From: an uncultured Granulosicoccaceae bacterium
GTDB taxonomy: Bacteria; Pseudomonadota; Gammaproteobacteria; Granulosicoccales; Granulosicoccaceae
Assembly (NCBI GenBank): GCA_937951215.1
Contig: CALFCE010000205.1
Coordinates: forward strand, 51-64,050
Direction of reading: 5' to 3'
Length of the DNA stretch: 64,000 bases
Under the pieces are notes generated by a model. The model was not told the origin of the DNA. It saw only the letters and a list, made by a program, of their open reading frames with translations, and did not search any database. The translations under genes and the position numbers were made by a program. Shown one piece after another: positions 25,368 to 34,979 of this stretch (its first letter is position 1; every line of letters starts with the position of its first letter).

Positions 25368-25490
25368 GGTGAGTCAATTTGATGCAGGCCAGCTTAGATT
25401 CTATACTGCAACGCTGCCGCACACACTATCTGCTGCAATTAACATTTCTTCAGCCGCAGACCACTCTGCCAATAATTTACTGAAACTGAT

Positions 25491-26798
25491 ATGACCAGAA
25501 AAATTGAAAAGGTAGCCGTTATCGGCTCAGGCACCATGGGCGCCGGGATCGCCGGTGTATGTGCAGCTGCGGGAACTCCTGTAGTGCTGCTGGATCTCGA
25601 AAAAGAAACCTCGCAGCAGGCAATAGAACGACTGACTGGAGGGCGCAAACCGGTGCTTGATGCCAGTCAGGCTGCACTGATTGAGGCAGGGTCAATCGCT
25701 GACGATATGAACAATATCAGCGACTGTGACTGGATTTGTGAAGTGATTGTTGAAAACCTGCAGGCCAAACGGGATCTGTTCACTCGGGTTGAAGCACTTC
25801 GCAAGGATGGCTCCATTGTGACCAGCAACACCTCTGGCATACCGCTCAGAGATATCTGCGAAGGTATGCCGCAGCGCTTCCAGCGAGACGTCGCGGTGAC
25901 TCACTTTTTCAACCCTGTCCACATCATGCGTTTGCTTGAGCTGGTTGCCGGTGAGCAGACAGAACAGGAAGTGATCGATGCCCTGGTGGCTTATTTGTCA
26001 GGCCCGCTTTCCAAAGGGGTGGTCTACGCCAAAGACACCGTTAATTTTATCGGCAACCGGATTGGCTGCTTCTGGATACTGGCCGGCTTGCACAAAGGGA
26101 TCGAGGCACAAAAAGCCGGTATCACCCTGGAAACCGTTGATGCACTTTTGTCCAAACCTCTGGGATTGCCACCCACCGGTCTGTACGGACTGATAGATCT
26201 GATCGGTCTCGACGTCATGGATCTTGTTGCCAAAAATCTCCGAACCAATCTCAGTGATAGTGATGTTTGCCGATCCTACCTCGACTTCCCACCTGCCGAG
26301 CAGGCCATGATCAAAAGTGGGCAACTGGGCCGTAAAACAGGTGGCGGTTATTACAAGATGAATCGCGACGCGGACGGCAACAAGAGCATGGAGGTGTTTG
26401 ATTTAATCAACAGTGAATGGCGAGCGGCCTCACCCGCGCAGGACATCCAGCATTTGACCGGTCCCAAAAGTCTGCTTTTCAGTGACGGGCCAGAAAGTGC
26501 GTTTGCGTGGGACCTGATGAGTGTCACGCTGAGCTATGCAGCTGACCTGGTACCGGAAATCGCTGATGATATTGTGAATGTAGATCGTGCGATGCGCTGG
26601 GGCTTCAGTTGGTCACATGGCCCATTCGAACTGCTGGATTTAATCGGCCCGGCTCAATTCACCGAACGATTGCGTGCTGAACATCGTGAAGTTCCCAAAA
26701 TGCTGGCCTTGCTGGAAGCATCAGGCAGCTCAAGCTTCTACCAGGACGACACCTTTTTTGGCACTGACAGCCAGTACCATCAGATACCACCAGAGTGA
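25491..26798 (+). CDS. 3-hydroxyacyl-CoA dehydrogenase family protein
   Basis: Rossmann motif VAVIGSGTMGAGIA, NTSGIP, HFFNPV, and the C-terminal dimerisation domain. Confidence 0.85.
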   Translation: MTRKIEKVAVIGSGTMGAGIAGVCAAAGTPVVLLDLEKETSQQAIERLTGGRKPVLDASQAALIEAGSIADDMNNISDCDWICEVIVENLQAKRDLFTRVEALRKDGSIVTSNTSGIPLRDICEGMPQRFQRDVAVTHFFNPVHIMRLLELVAGEQTEQEVIDALVAYLSGPLSKGVVYAKDTVNFIGNRIGCFWILAGLHKGIEAQKAGITLETVDALLSKPLGLPPTGLYGLIDLIGLDVMDLVAKNLRTNLSDSDVCRSYLDFPPAEQAMIKSGQLGRKTGGGYYKMNRDADGNKSMEVFDLINSEWRAASPAQDIQHLTGPKSLLFSDGPESAFAWDLMSVTLSYAADLVPEIADDIVNVDRAMRWGFSWSHGPFELLDLIGPAQFTERLRAEHREVPKMLALLEASGSSSFYQDDTFFGTDSQYHQIPPE

Positions 26799-26819
26799 TA
26801 TCTGCGATAAGTCTGCCGT

Positions 26820-28595
26820 CTAGTTGACGCCAAACTCCTCATCGCGGGCCCTGCGCAGCACAGAATAATGTTCTGCCAGCAGGTCCGCCTTGAAAATCAC
26901 CCCGAGGAATTCACGTTTCTCCTCCAGCTTTTCAGTCAGCACCGGCAAGTAATCAATATCGCTGTCTGCCATTAATTGCAATGCGCCAACCAGATTCGAC
27001 GAGGCTGTCACTGACACTGTTGCATCACGAACAACATCAGCAACGACCGTCATATTCGGTACATCACTCAAGGCAGCTTCCCGCGATCGGGCAACCAACT
27101 CGCGTAACTCGACACTGCCGATAAATTGCTGCTCGGCATCCAGCACAATGGCGATTCGCTTGCGAGCAACTCCAAGTTGAGATTCAACTTCACGCAAACT
27201 GCTTTGCGCATCAACGCGGGTGCAACGTTGCGAGATCAATTTTTCTACGGTGTGGGTACGCAGCAAACTAACATCACGCCCAGCTGAAATATTGACACCA
27301 CGAGTGGCCAGCTGCCATCGGAAAAACGAGGTATGTTTGCTTAACTGCATCGTGGTACTGGCAAAAGCTGCAGCGGTCATGACCGCCAGCGTCAGCCCAT
27401 AGTCACGAGTCAGTTCGAACACGATAATAGTGGTGGAAATCGGAGCTCCCAGCATTGCCGAGGACACAGCCGCCATACCGGCAACCGAGTAGATGCCCTG
27501 CACTGCCCCCGACCAGAAAACAGAGGAAAACGCGAGGATAAAAACACCACCAAGCATAGCGCCCAGAAACACAGAGGGACTGAAAACGCCGCCGGCAAAC
27601 CCGCTCGACAAGGCCGCTGCGGTACCGAAGGTTTTCAACACCAACAGCACCAACAAGTCACTGAACGGCAGTGTCTGCTGCAATGCGGCCTTGGTCGGCT
27701 CATAGCCTATGCTCAATATCATTGGGTACTTAATCGCGATCAGACCGATCAGCAGACCGGTAATACCGGGCCGCGCCCAAACGGGTATCGACGTTCGATC
27801 CCAACCCTGTTGCAACACAGCCACCAACTTGATAAACCCGCACACCAGAAAAGCAGAACAAATACCCAGCAACGCAAACAACGGGATTTCCCAGGCTGAG
27901 TGCTGGCTGAATGTGTCGATAACAAAGAGAGGTTCGGCGCCGTAAAACCGTGTGCGAATCAGCACCGCCGCGACCGACGCAATAACCACCGGTGCGAAAA
28001 CACTGAGCGTGTAGTACCCGACAATAACTTCCAACGCGAATAAAACCCCGGCAATCGGGGCGTTGAAAGATGTTGTGACCGCAGCAGCGGCACCACAACC
28101 CAGTAAAGCCAATGATTGACTTCGATCCAGGCCGAGATGCTCGGCAAGCCAGGCACTAATGGAAGCCCCGATATGTACAGCCGGACCCTCACGCCCCAGA
28201 GGCGCACCAACACCAAGAGAGACAGCCGCTGCCAATGCCGCACTGAGGCCCGACCTCACTCCCATACGACCGCTGTTAAATGCACAGGCTTCCATCACGT
28301 CGGCTATGCCGTGATAGCGCTTAGCAGGCAGCGTGTGAATAATAAAACCCACAATTAGTCCGCCCACCATTGGAGCCAACAACAAGCGCCACCAGGGTTG
28401 CTGGGCCGCAATCGTCGCGAACTGGGATTCGGAGCGCCCGGAATAGCTGAACCACTGCACCAGCAATATCAGCTCGATCAGCAGAATCGTCGCCAACGCA
28501 ACAACGACACCGATGATCGCAGCCAGCAGAAAAAAAACCAGCCGACGAGCTAGCGGATTATCCAGCGTGGCTGACGAAAGACGACCGGGAGACAT
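26820..28595 (-). CDS. ClC-family chloride channel/antiporter with a C-terminal CBS pair
   Basis: Selectivity motifs GREGP, GVFSPS and GxFxP-like (GVLFALE). There are two CBS domains in the last 140 aa or so. Confidence 0.9.
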   Translation of the reverse strand: MSPGRLSSATLDNPLARRLVFFLLAAIIGVVVALATILLIELILLVQWFSYSGRSESQFATIAAQQPWWRLLLAPMVGGLIVGFIIHTLPAKRYHGIADVMEACAFNSGRMGVRSGLSAALAAAVSLGVGAPLGREGPAVHIGASISAWLAEHLGLDRSQSLALLGCGAAAAVTTSFNAPIAGVLFALEVIVGYYTLSVFAPVVIASVAAVLIRTRFYGAEPLFVIDTFSQHSAWEIPLFALLGICSAFLVCGFIKLVAVLQQGWDRTSIPVWARPGITGLLIGLIAIKYPMILSIGYEPTKAALQQTLPFSDLLVLLVLKTFGTAAALSSGFAGGVFSPSVFLGAMLGGVFILAFSSVFWSGAVQGIYSVAGMAAVSSAMLGAPISTTIIVFELTRDYGLTLAVMTAAAFASTTMQLSKHTSFFRWQLATRGVNISAGRDVSLLRTHTVEKLISQRCTRVDAQSSLREVESQLGVARKRIAIVLDAEQQFIGSVELRELVARSREAALSDVPNMTVVADVVRDATVSVTASSNLVGALQLMADSDIDYLPVLTEKLEEKREFLGVIFKADLLAEHYSVLRRARDEEFGVN

Positions 28596-28617
28596 GCTAA
28601 ACCGGGGGCATGCTGAA

Positions 28618-29040
28618 TCAGAGCCGGTTGTTTTTCAGCAGATCGCGAATTTCTCCGAGCAGGACCACTTCATCAGACGGCGTATCGGCTGTGTCGGAAT
28701 TTTTCCGCATCTTGTTCAAGGCACGAACCACAACGAAAATAGCCGCAGCCACAATAAGAAAACTGATCAGGGTATTGATAAAACTACCCCAATTGATGGT
28801 GATGGCACCCGCATCGGCAGCAGCCTGCAAAGACACATAAGGTGCCGGACTGCTGCCTTCTTTCAAGACGGTGTAGATGTTGGAAAAATCAACCCCGCCC
28901 AGCAACAAACCGATGGGCGGCATAATGATATCCGACACCAGGCTGGTCACAATGGTGCCAAAAGCTGCGCCGATAACAATCCCGACGGCCATATCAACAA
29001 CGTTTCCACCCAGTGCAAATTCTTTAAAATCATCAAGCAT
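28618..29040 (-). CDS. mscL: large-conductance mechanosensitive channel
   Basis: MLDDFKEFALGGNVVDMAVGIVIGAAFG...PPIG is canonical MscL. Confidence 0.95.
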   Translation of the reverse strand: MLDDFKEFALGGNVVDMAVGIVIGAAFGTIVTSLVSDIIMPPIGLLLGGVDFSNIYTVLKEGSSPAPYVSLQAAADAGAITINWGSFINTLISFLIVAAAIFVVVRALNKMRKNSDTADTPSDEVVLLGEIRDLLKNNRL

Positions 29041-29058
29041 CGTTGTCTCCAGAAAATT

Positions 29059-30318
29059 TCAAGGTTGAGCCATCAAGCCCATCGCCCGACGCGAAAACTG
29101 TCGCTGCAACGGAGGCGTATATTCGAGACCTGCCAGACCCAACGCACGCAGATGAGACAAAGCGGGGTTGGAGCCGCGAAAAACCCGGGCCAGTGCGTCG
29201 GTCAGGCGCACGGTTCGCTGTTGATCAGGCCGCCTGAGTTCCTGGAAGGCCGTCAGAAAGGCTTGCGCACCTGGATCATTCCCGCTGTCCGGCTGCAAAT
29301 CCCGGCCGGCATCCTGGCGCTTTCCCAGCAATTCCAGCAAGCCAGAAATATCGCGCAATGCCAGATTAAAGCCCTGCCCTGCAACCGGGTGCAAAGTGCG
29401 GGCCGCGTTTCCCATCAACAGCACTCGCTCTGCTATTTGAGAGCTGGACTCTACCAACCTCAGCGGCATCAATGTGCGCTCGCCACAGCGATAAAAACGC
29501 CCCAGACGATAGCCGAACTGTTGCTGCAAATGATCCAGAAAAAGCCGTTCATCGAGTTGGCACAGGGTTTCGCCCTGCTCTGGCTCGACACTGTAAACCA
29601 CCGAGTTAAGCTTGCCACCCAACGGCAGAACAGCCAAAGGGCCGGATGGCGTAAAACGCTCGTAGGCAACTCCCGGGTTAGGCTTCTGGGTCTCGATATT
29701 CAGCAAAATAGCGCTTTGCTGGTAATCAGTTGTCTGCAGAGACAGACCACTCAATTCCCGAATCGATGAATTCACCCCGTCCACAGCGACCAGCAGCCTG
29801 GATTGCACCCGGTAATGCTGTTCACCACGACAGACAGCAACTCGGATAGCGCTGCCACCACATTGCTCCAGCCCTTCGATGCGGATCAGATCATGTGTCT
29901 CGATCAAGGGGTGCTCGCGAACACGTTGCAATAGCAGATTGTTGTAAACCTGATTGGGCAGGATGGCTCCCAACATGTCCAGTTTTTCATCACTTGCAGA
30001 CAACCGCACACTGCCAAAGTGGCCCGACTGCGAGACATGTACCTGCTGTATGGCTTGCGCGTGAGCGTTCAGCCCGGGTGACTGCCACAACCCCAGCGAG
30101 CTCAGAATTTGCAATGATGATCGCGACAGCGCGGTGCTACGGGTATCAAGCGCCAGCACAGATTCTGCCGGCAGCGTATCTTCGGTCGATGGTAATGAGC
30201 GTTGCTCGAGCAGCGCGACTCGCCACCCGGCTTGTGCAAGTGCATAGGCCAATGTAGATCCTGCCATGGCAGCACCCACGATGGTGATGTCGACTTCGTC
30301 AGTTCTGCCGATCATCAA
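29059..30318 (-). CDS. ubiH: FAD-dependent ubiquinone-biosynthesis hydroxylase (UbiH/UbiF/VisC family)
   Basis: GxGxxG (IVGAAMAG), LLVAVDGVNS and GNAARTLHPVAGQGFNL. Its position directly after pepP matches the E. coli pepP-ubiH order. Confidence 0.8.
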   Translation of the reverse strand: MMIGRTDEVDITIVGAAMAGSTLAYALAQAGWRVALLEQRSLPSTEDTLPAESVLALDTRSTALSRSSLQILSSLGLWQSPGLNAHAQAIQQVHVSQSGHFGSVRLSASDEKLDMLGAILPNQVYNNLLLQRVREHPLIETHDLIRIEGLEQCGGSAIRVAVCRGEQHYRVQSRLLVAVDGVNSSIRELSGLSLQTTDYQQSAILLNIETQKPNPGVAYERFTPSGPLAVLPLGGKLNSVVYSVEPEQGETLCQLDERLFLDHLQQQFGYRLGRFYRCGERTLMPLRLVESSSQIAERVLLMGNAARTLHPVAGQGFNLALRDISGLLELLGKRQDAGRDLQPDSGNDPGAQAFLTAFQELRRPDQQRTVRLTDALARVFRGSNPALSHLRALGLAGLEYTPPLQRQFSRRAMGLMAQP

Positions 30319-30360
30319 CCTTACCCGTCAGCAAGCACTCTTTGCAGCTACACCAATCTC

Positions 30361-31692
30361 TCATGCCATGATGTTTTCAATTTCGGAGATGGACTTTGCT
30401 ACCTGCGAGGTTAATACCTCATGACCGGTTTTGGTCACCAAAACATCATCTTCAATCCGCACACCGATACCCCCATAGCGTCGAGGTACGCCACGCCCGG
30501 CATTGATGTACAAGCCCGGCTCTATTGTCAGTACCATACCCGGTTCAAGTACTCTCCAATCATCATCGACCTTGTACTCTCCGACATCATGGACATCAAG
30601 CCCCAGCCAGTGGCTGGTGCGATGCATAAAAAATTTGCGATAGCCTTGTTCCTTTATCTCCCGCGCAAAAGTACCCTTTAACATGCCTAGGCTGATCAGA
30701 CCTTTGGTCAACACATTAACCGCAGCGGTATGCGGCGCATTCCAGCTATTGCCGGGTTTGACTTCATCGATTGCCGCCAGCTCTGCGTCCAGCACCAGTG
30801 AATAGATATCTTTTTGAGGCTCAGTAAATCGGCCATTTACCGGAAAGGTGCGCGTAATATCACCAGCATAGCCCGCAAACTCGGCTCCTGAATCGATCAG
30901 GACCATTGAACCATCCTCCAGCACATCCGTGTTTTCGGTGTAGTGCAGAATGCAGGCGTTGACACCTCCTCCTACAATAGGCAGAAAAGAGTGCGTAGCA
31001 CCGTGGGATTTATAGGTGGATATTAATTCCGCCTCTAATTGATATTCATACACACCCGGCTGACAGGCACGCATGGCTGCCAGATGTCCTTCTGCGCTGA
31101 TTTTAGCGGCTTTACGCATTAACCCGAGTTCTGAGCGGCTTTTATGGACACGCATTTCATGCAGGTGATAATCAAGCGAGACAAAAGACGACGGAACCTG
31201 ACTGGCTACTCGAGTCGTGGCGCGAACACGGTTCAGCCATTCCATTAATTGCTGATCGAAATCCGCATCTTTACCGAGGGAGTAGTAAATCTTCTCTCGC
31301 CCCTCCAACAAACCGGGAAGTATTTCATCAATATCGCCGATCGGAAAAGCATCATCCGCCTGTAACACGTCAGGTGCTTTTTCCACACCCAGACGCCGGC
31401 CATGCCATGTTTCTTTTTCTTCATCACGTTCACGACAAAAAACAATATACTCACCAGACTTGCGCCCGGGTAACAAGACGATGATGGACTCCGGTTCATT
31501 GAATCCACTGAGATAATAGAAATCGCTGTCTTGTCGATAGCGATATTCGGTATCTCTGCTGCGGACGCGAACGGGAGCTGCCGGCAAGATGGCGATGGTA
31601 TTGTTCCCCATCGTTTTCATCAGATTTTTCCGGCGACGCAGGCATTCTCGCATCAGGGTTTTATCGTTCAAGGTATCAGTTGTCATTTCCAT
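30361..31692 (-). CDS. pepP: Xaa-Pro aminopeptidase
   Basis: M24B family with YRQDSDFYYLSGF, DSGAEFAGYAGDITRTFP, HWLGLDVHD and IEPG...IRIEDD. Confidence 0.93.
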   Translation of the reverse strand: MEMTTDTLNDKTLMRECLRRRKNLMKTMGNNTIAILPAAPVRVRSRDTEYRYRQDSDFYYLSGFNEPESIIVLLPGRKSGEYIVFCRERDEEKETWHGRRLGVEKAPDVLQADDAFPIGDIDEILPGLLEGREKIYYSLGKDADFDQQLMEWLNRVRATTRVASQVPSSFVSLDYHLHEMRVHKSRSELGLMRKAAKISAEGHLAAMRACQPGVYEYQLEAELISTYKSHGATHSFLPIVGGGVNACILHYTENTDVLEDGSMVLIDSGAEFAGYAGDITRTFPVNGRFTEPQKDIYSLVLDAELAAIDEVKPGNSWNAPHTAAVNVLTKGLISLGMLKGTFAREIKEQGYRKFFMHRTSHWLGLDVHDVGEYKVDDDWRVLEPGMVLTIEPGLYINAGRGVPRRYGGIGVRIEDDVLVTKTGHEVLTSQVAKSISEIENIMA

Positions 31693-31774
31693 TCCCGAAT
31701 AGCTGACCGGCCAGGATCACCACTCACGCAATTGCCCCGGATCACGATGTAGACTCGTCGCGAAACATTGCCGT

Positions 31775-32377
31775 TTAATGCAGTGTATTACCGGTTGCAG
31801 ACGAAACTGCGGTTTTGGTCACAGGCTGTAGTTCTTCGTTGATAATCATCACTCCCACCCGGACATATTCCTCCAGCTCTACGAAATCCTGTTCAGTCTG
31901 TTCATAATCAATCTCATCCTCAGCGGATGATCCAGCCTGAAAATCTTCGTGAGACGGGGTTTCAGAACGGGCAATATGCTGGAAATCCTCGAGCAACTCC
32001 GCTGTATCCGCCGGCAACTTATTGGCTGAGCTACCAAGCTCACCCAGCCCGATACCCAGATTAAAGCCACTGCACCAATTTGCCAACGAATTGATACGAT
32101 TCTCGATCGACGCTGACTCCTCTTCGAGCAACAGATGAAATTCAAACTGCGAATCGTTGAGTCGCGATACTGTCTCGCCAAAAAATGCATCCAGCTCCTT
32201 GATTTCGTCGGCTCGCTGGGCAACAAGCTGAGGCTGCGTCTGCATCGCCGACAACACCTCCTTGAACCATTTGAGCTTGGCTTTTTCCACAGAAAGAGTG
32301 CACAACAAGCCGCACAACAATCCATGGGTTTCGGTAGCAGGCCGCTCGCATTGCACGGCCTCGAGTATTTGTGTCAT
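31775..32377 (-). CDS. UPF0149 (YgfB-like) protein
   Basis: ETHGLLCGLLC near the N-terminus, an acidic C-terminus, and synteny upstream of pepP. I take the ATG at 32377. The ORF opens at 32494. Confidence 0.75.
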   Translation of the reverse strand: MTQILEAVQCERPATETHGLLCGLLCTLSVEKAKLKWFKEVLSAMQTQPQLVAQRADEIKELDAFFGETVSRLNDSQFEFHLLLEEESASIENRINSLANWCSGFNLGIGLGELGSSANKLPADTAELLEDFQHIARSETPSHEDFQAGSSAEDEIDYEQTEQDFVELEEYVRVGVMIINEELQPVTKTAVSSATGNTLH

Positions 32378-32680
32378 TTCTGAAGAATCCACGATCAGGT
32401 TTCCGGCATACGACTTGTAACGATTTGGGGACGGTGCAGGCGAGAAGGGCCCGCACAAGAACCCTTTATGATAGCAATTGCCTGAGACCAGCAACAGCGA
32501 TAAGCCACTGATTTATGCATTATATTCTGGCTATCGATCACGGCAGCATCACCCCGAAAGCCCTGCAGCAGAGTCCCGTTGCGCGAGAACACCACTTCCA
32601 GCCGACGGTACTTGACTTTTTTCTTCTACGCCCATGCTAATGCGGTATACAATACTGCTGCATCCAATGCGGGTAGTTTC

Positions 32681-32902
32681 ATGAGCGATCCAAAATTAGA
32701 ACAAAATATCAAACAGCTCAACGAGCAGTTGACTGAGCTGGTGTCTTTTTGTGAAAAGCTGAAAGTCGAAAACAAGTCGTTGAGAGAACAGCAAGAGACG
32801 CTGGTAGAAGAGCGCGCGAAATTGATCGAGAAAAACGAAATGGCGCGAACCAAGGTCGAATCAATGATTACCCGGCTGAAATCGATGGAGGCAGGACAAT
32901 GA
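32681..32902 (+). CDS. small coiled-coil protein (ZapB-like / TIGR02449-like) preceding zapA
   Basis: 73-aa heptad-rich sequence (LNEQLTELVSFCEKLKVENKSLREQQETLVEERAKLIEKNE). Its stop overlaps the zapA start. Confidence 0.65.
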   Translation: MSDPKLEQNIKQLNEQLTELVSFCEKLKVENKSLREQQETLVEERAKLIEKNEMARTKVESMITRLKSMEAGQ

Positions 32903-33207
32903 GCGTTGTCAGCGAAAACAAAACCGTCAAGGTTCGAATTCTGGAAAAGGACGTACAAGTCGGTTGTGCTGCGGACGATGAGGACGATCTGACCCGTGCG
33001 GCCCGGTATGTAGACAAATCCATGAATGAATTCAGGAACCGAAACAACGCTGCCTCTGTTGAAAAAATCGCCATTGTGACCGCTATCAATATCGCCAATG
33101 AGCTGCTGAAGCGAAAAGGCGATAGCTCAACAGATGAAAAACTGGTGCAACAGTTGGCCAGTATGCAGACTCTGGTTCAAGGTGCACTCAGCGACTCCCA
33201 AAACTAG
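32899..33207 (+). CDS. zapA: cell-division protein ZapA
   Basis: VKVRILEKDVQVGCAADDEDDLTRAARYVDKSMNEFR...IAIVTAINIANELL, plus the zapA-ssrS-ygfA synteny. Confidence 0.88.
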   Translation: MSVVSENKTVKVRILEKDVQVGCAADDEDDLTRAARYVDKSMNEFRNRNNAASVEKIAIVTAINIANELLKRKGDSSTDEKLVQQLASMQTLVQGALSDSQN

Positions 33208-33398
33208 GGAAATCGCATGGGCAAATACAAGGGTAATCCCAGCACCCATCACAACAATACTCCCCGCTGATACACGCCTGGTTTCATAACCGATCGCTAC
33301 CGTCGTGCTGGTATAGTGCTGGTAAACTGCAATCAAGATTGCGTGCAAAGTGCTACAGCATCGCAATGATTTTCTTCAACGATCGTGCTACAGTCTTG

Positions 33399-33590
33399 GT
33401 GTATCTTCTGCGCGGTTTGTTATTTGGCTGGGTATATCCCTTGAGCCTAATTTCACACCCCGGGGATCTGTTGGTAGCCGTTGTTGAGCATGTCCGCCAC
33501 GGCGGAAAGCCTGAAGCGGTTCCAATGGTCCCCACCTGAACCGATTGGTTCAAGGTAGCACACCAGAAACGGCTGTCGTGGTTGATACAC
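33399..33590 (+). ncRNA. ssrS: 6S RNA
   Basis: Blocks align by eye to E. coli 6S. CCCUUGAGCCUAAUUUCACACC aligns with CCCUGAGCCGAUAUUUCAUACC. GAGCAUGUCCGCCACGGCGGAAAGCCUGAAG aligns with GAGCAUGCUCGGUCCGUCCGAGAAGCCUUAAA. CCUGAACCGAUUGGUUCAAGG aligns with CCUUGAACCAAGGGUUCAAGG. The closing stem is GUGUAUC/GAUACAC. It lies between zapA and the 5-FCL gene, as in other gammaproteobacteria. The ends are approximate (plus or minus 10 nt). Confidence 0.85.
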
Positions 33591-33681
33591 TCTCCCGATT
33601 ATTCCCATCACCTGTCCAACCACTCCAGACGCGCTTGGGCGAACAACCGGGTCAAGCGATACGAACAACGGGTGAAAATCG

Positions 33682-34449
33682 GTGAATAAAAGCGGAAAAG
33701 ACTTAGACAAAAAAGAACGCGAAGCCAGCAGGCTTGCGATGCGTGCTGCCGTGCTGGAGAAAAGAAAAGCTTTGTCGGTTTCCGCCATGCGCGCTGCCGA
33801 AACAACACTGCAACATCAGTTGGTCGACGCGCTGCAACAACTCTACCAGCAAGCCCCAAACATCAAAAATCCCCCAAACATCAAAAATCCTGGGCGCTGC
33901 CTGCAAATTGGTGGCTATCTGGCGGTACGGGGTGAGATGGGCCTCGGCAGCAGCCTGCGTTGGTTACGCCAGCAGGGGCACAGTACCTGCCTTCCCATCG
34001 TTTGTGACCAAATGCTGGTATTCGCCTCTGTTGATGACGACACACACTACAAGAAAGGCAAGTTCAATATCGACATTCCTGTTGTTGATACAAGGCAACA
34101 TGTTGAGCCGCTCGAACTCGATATGGTGTTGGTACCGCTGGTAAGCTTTGATCTGGAAGGCAACAGGCTGGGTATGGGTGGAGGCTTCTATGACAGAACC
34201 TTTTCCTACCGTCTGCCTGCTGCAGATACTACCGTTGGGGCAGTTAAATCTGCCAAGTCTCTGGCTGCCGAGTCTCTGGCTGCCAAGCGTGGGGCTGCCA
34301 ACGCTTCAAGCTCGGCGAAAACACAATTTTTTATTGGCATAGCTTACGAATTTCAGCGCGTTGACAGCGTGCCAGCTGAAAGCTGGGACGTCCCTCTGGA
34401 TATGGTAATCACAGAGAAGAATGTTTACCATTGTGTCAGTACGCATTAG
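33682..34449 (+). CDS. 5-formyltetrahydrofolate cyclo-ligase
   Basis: LRxxxLxxRxAL start, VPLVSFDLEGNRLGMGGGFYDRT motif, and position downstream of 6S RNA. It is longer than usual because of two internal tandem duplications. Confidence 0.85.
   Translation: MNKSGKDLDKKEREASRLAMRAAVLEKRKALSVSAMRAAETTLQHQLVDALQQLYQQAPNIKNPPNIKNPGRCLQIGGYLAVRGEMGLGSSLRWLRQQGHSTCLPIVCDQMLVFASVDDDTHYKKGKFNIDIPVVDTRQHVEPLELDMVLVPLVSFDLEGNRLGMGGGFYDRTFSYRLPAADTTVGAVKSAKSLAAESLAAKRGAANASSSAKTQFFIGIAYEFQRVDSVPAESWDVPLDMVITEKNVYHCVSTH
33854..33889 (+). repeat. in-frame 18-bp x2 tandem duplication in the 5-FCL gene
   Basis: CCCCAAACATCAAAAATC occurs twice and encodes PNIKNPPNIKNP. Confidence 0.92.
34255..34284 (+). repeat. 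in-frame 15-bp x2 tandem duplication in the 5-FCL gene
   Basis: AAGTCTCTGGCTGCC followed by GAGTCTCTGGCTGCC, encoding KSLAAESLAA. Confidence 0.9.
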
Positions 34450-34495
34450 TTCAAGTAGCGATAGTTGACCAGACCAACCCGGCAAAGATAAGCGT

Positions 34496-34972
34496 ATGAG
34501 CAAACGCGCAACCCAATACTGGCTGTTTAAATCAGAACCCGATGCATTCAGCATCGACGATCTTGCCAATATGCCAGGAAAAAGAGATCACTGGGACGGT
34601 ATCAGAAATTACCAGGTTCGCAACATGATGCGAGACGTCATGAAAAAAGGTGACCTCGGCTTTTTTTACCATTCAAGTTGTGCCGTTCCAGGCATCGTCG
34701 GCACTGTGTCTATTGTCAAAGAAAGTTATCCCGATCACACGGCGTTTGACAAGAAAGAGAAATACTACGATCCGAAATCAGATTCAGAAAACCCTCGCTG
34801 GCTGATGGTGGATGTTAAATTGCAAAAAAAATTCAGCGAAATTCTCAGCCTGGAATTTTTGAAAACACGAAAACCTCTGCAAGATATGCAGCTACTGCGC
34901 AAGGGCAACCGATTGTCGGTGATGCCGGTATCCAAAAAGGACTGGGACTACATCAACAAGCTGGCCAAGTAA
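34496..34972 (+). CDS. EVE (PUA-like) domain protein
   Basis: YWLFKSEPDAFSIDDL...WDGIRNYQVRNMMRD.MKKGDLGFFYHS...W..VDV is the typical EVE signature. Confidence 0.85.
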   Translation: MSKRATQYWLFKSEPDAFSIDDLANMPGKRDHWDGIRNYQVRNMMRDVMKKGDLGFFYHSSCAVPGIVGTVSIVKESYPDHTAFDKKEKYYDPKSDSENPRWLMVDVKLQKKFSEILSLEFLKTRKPLQDMQLLRKGNRLSVMPVSKKDWDYINKLAK

Positions 34973-34979
34973 ACCCAAA

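Noticed and set aside
28513-29769. 418-aa plus-strand ORF, the longest unexplained ORF in the track
   Set aside because: It runs antisense across the ClC start, all of mscL and a third of ubiH, crossing two intergenic spacers. Its composition is R/Q/H-rich and it has no motifs. It is a shadow ORF of well-supported minus-strand genes.
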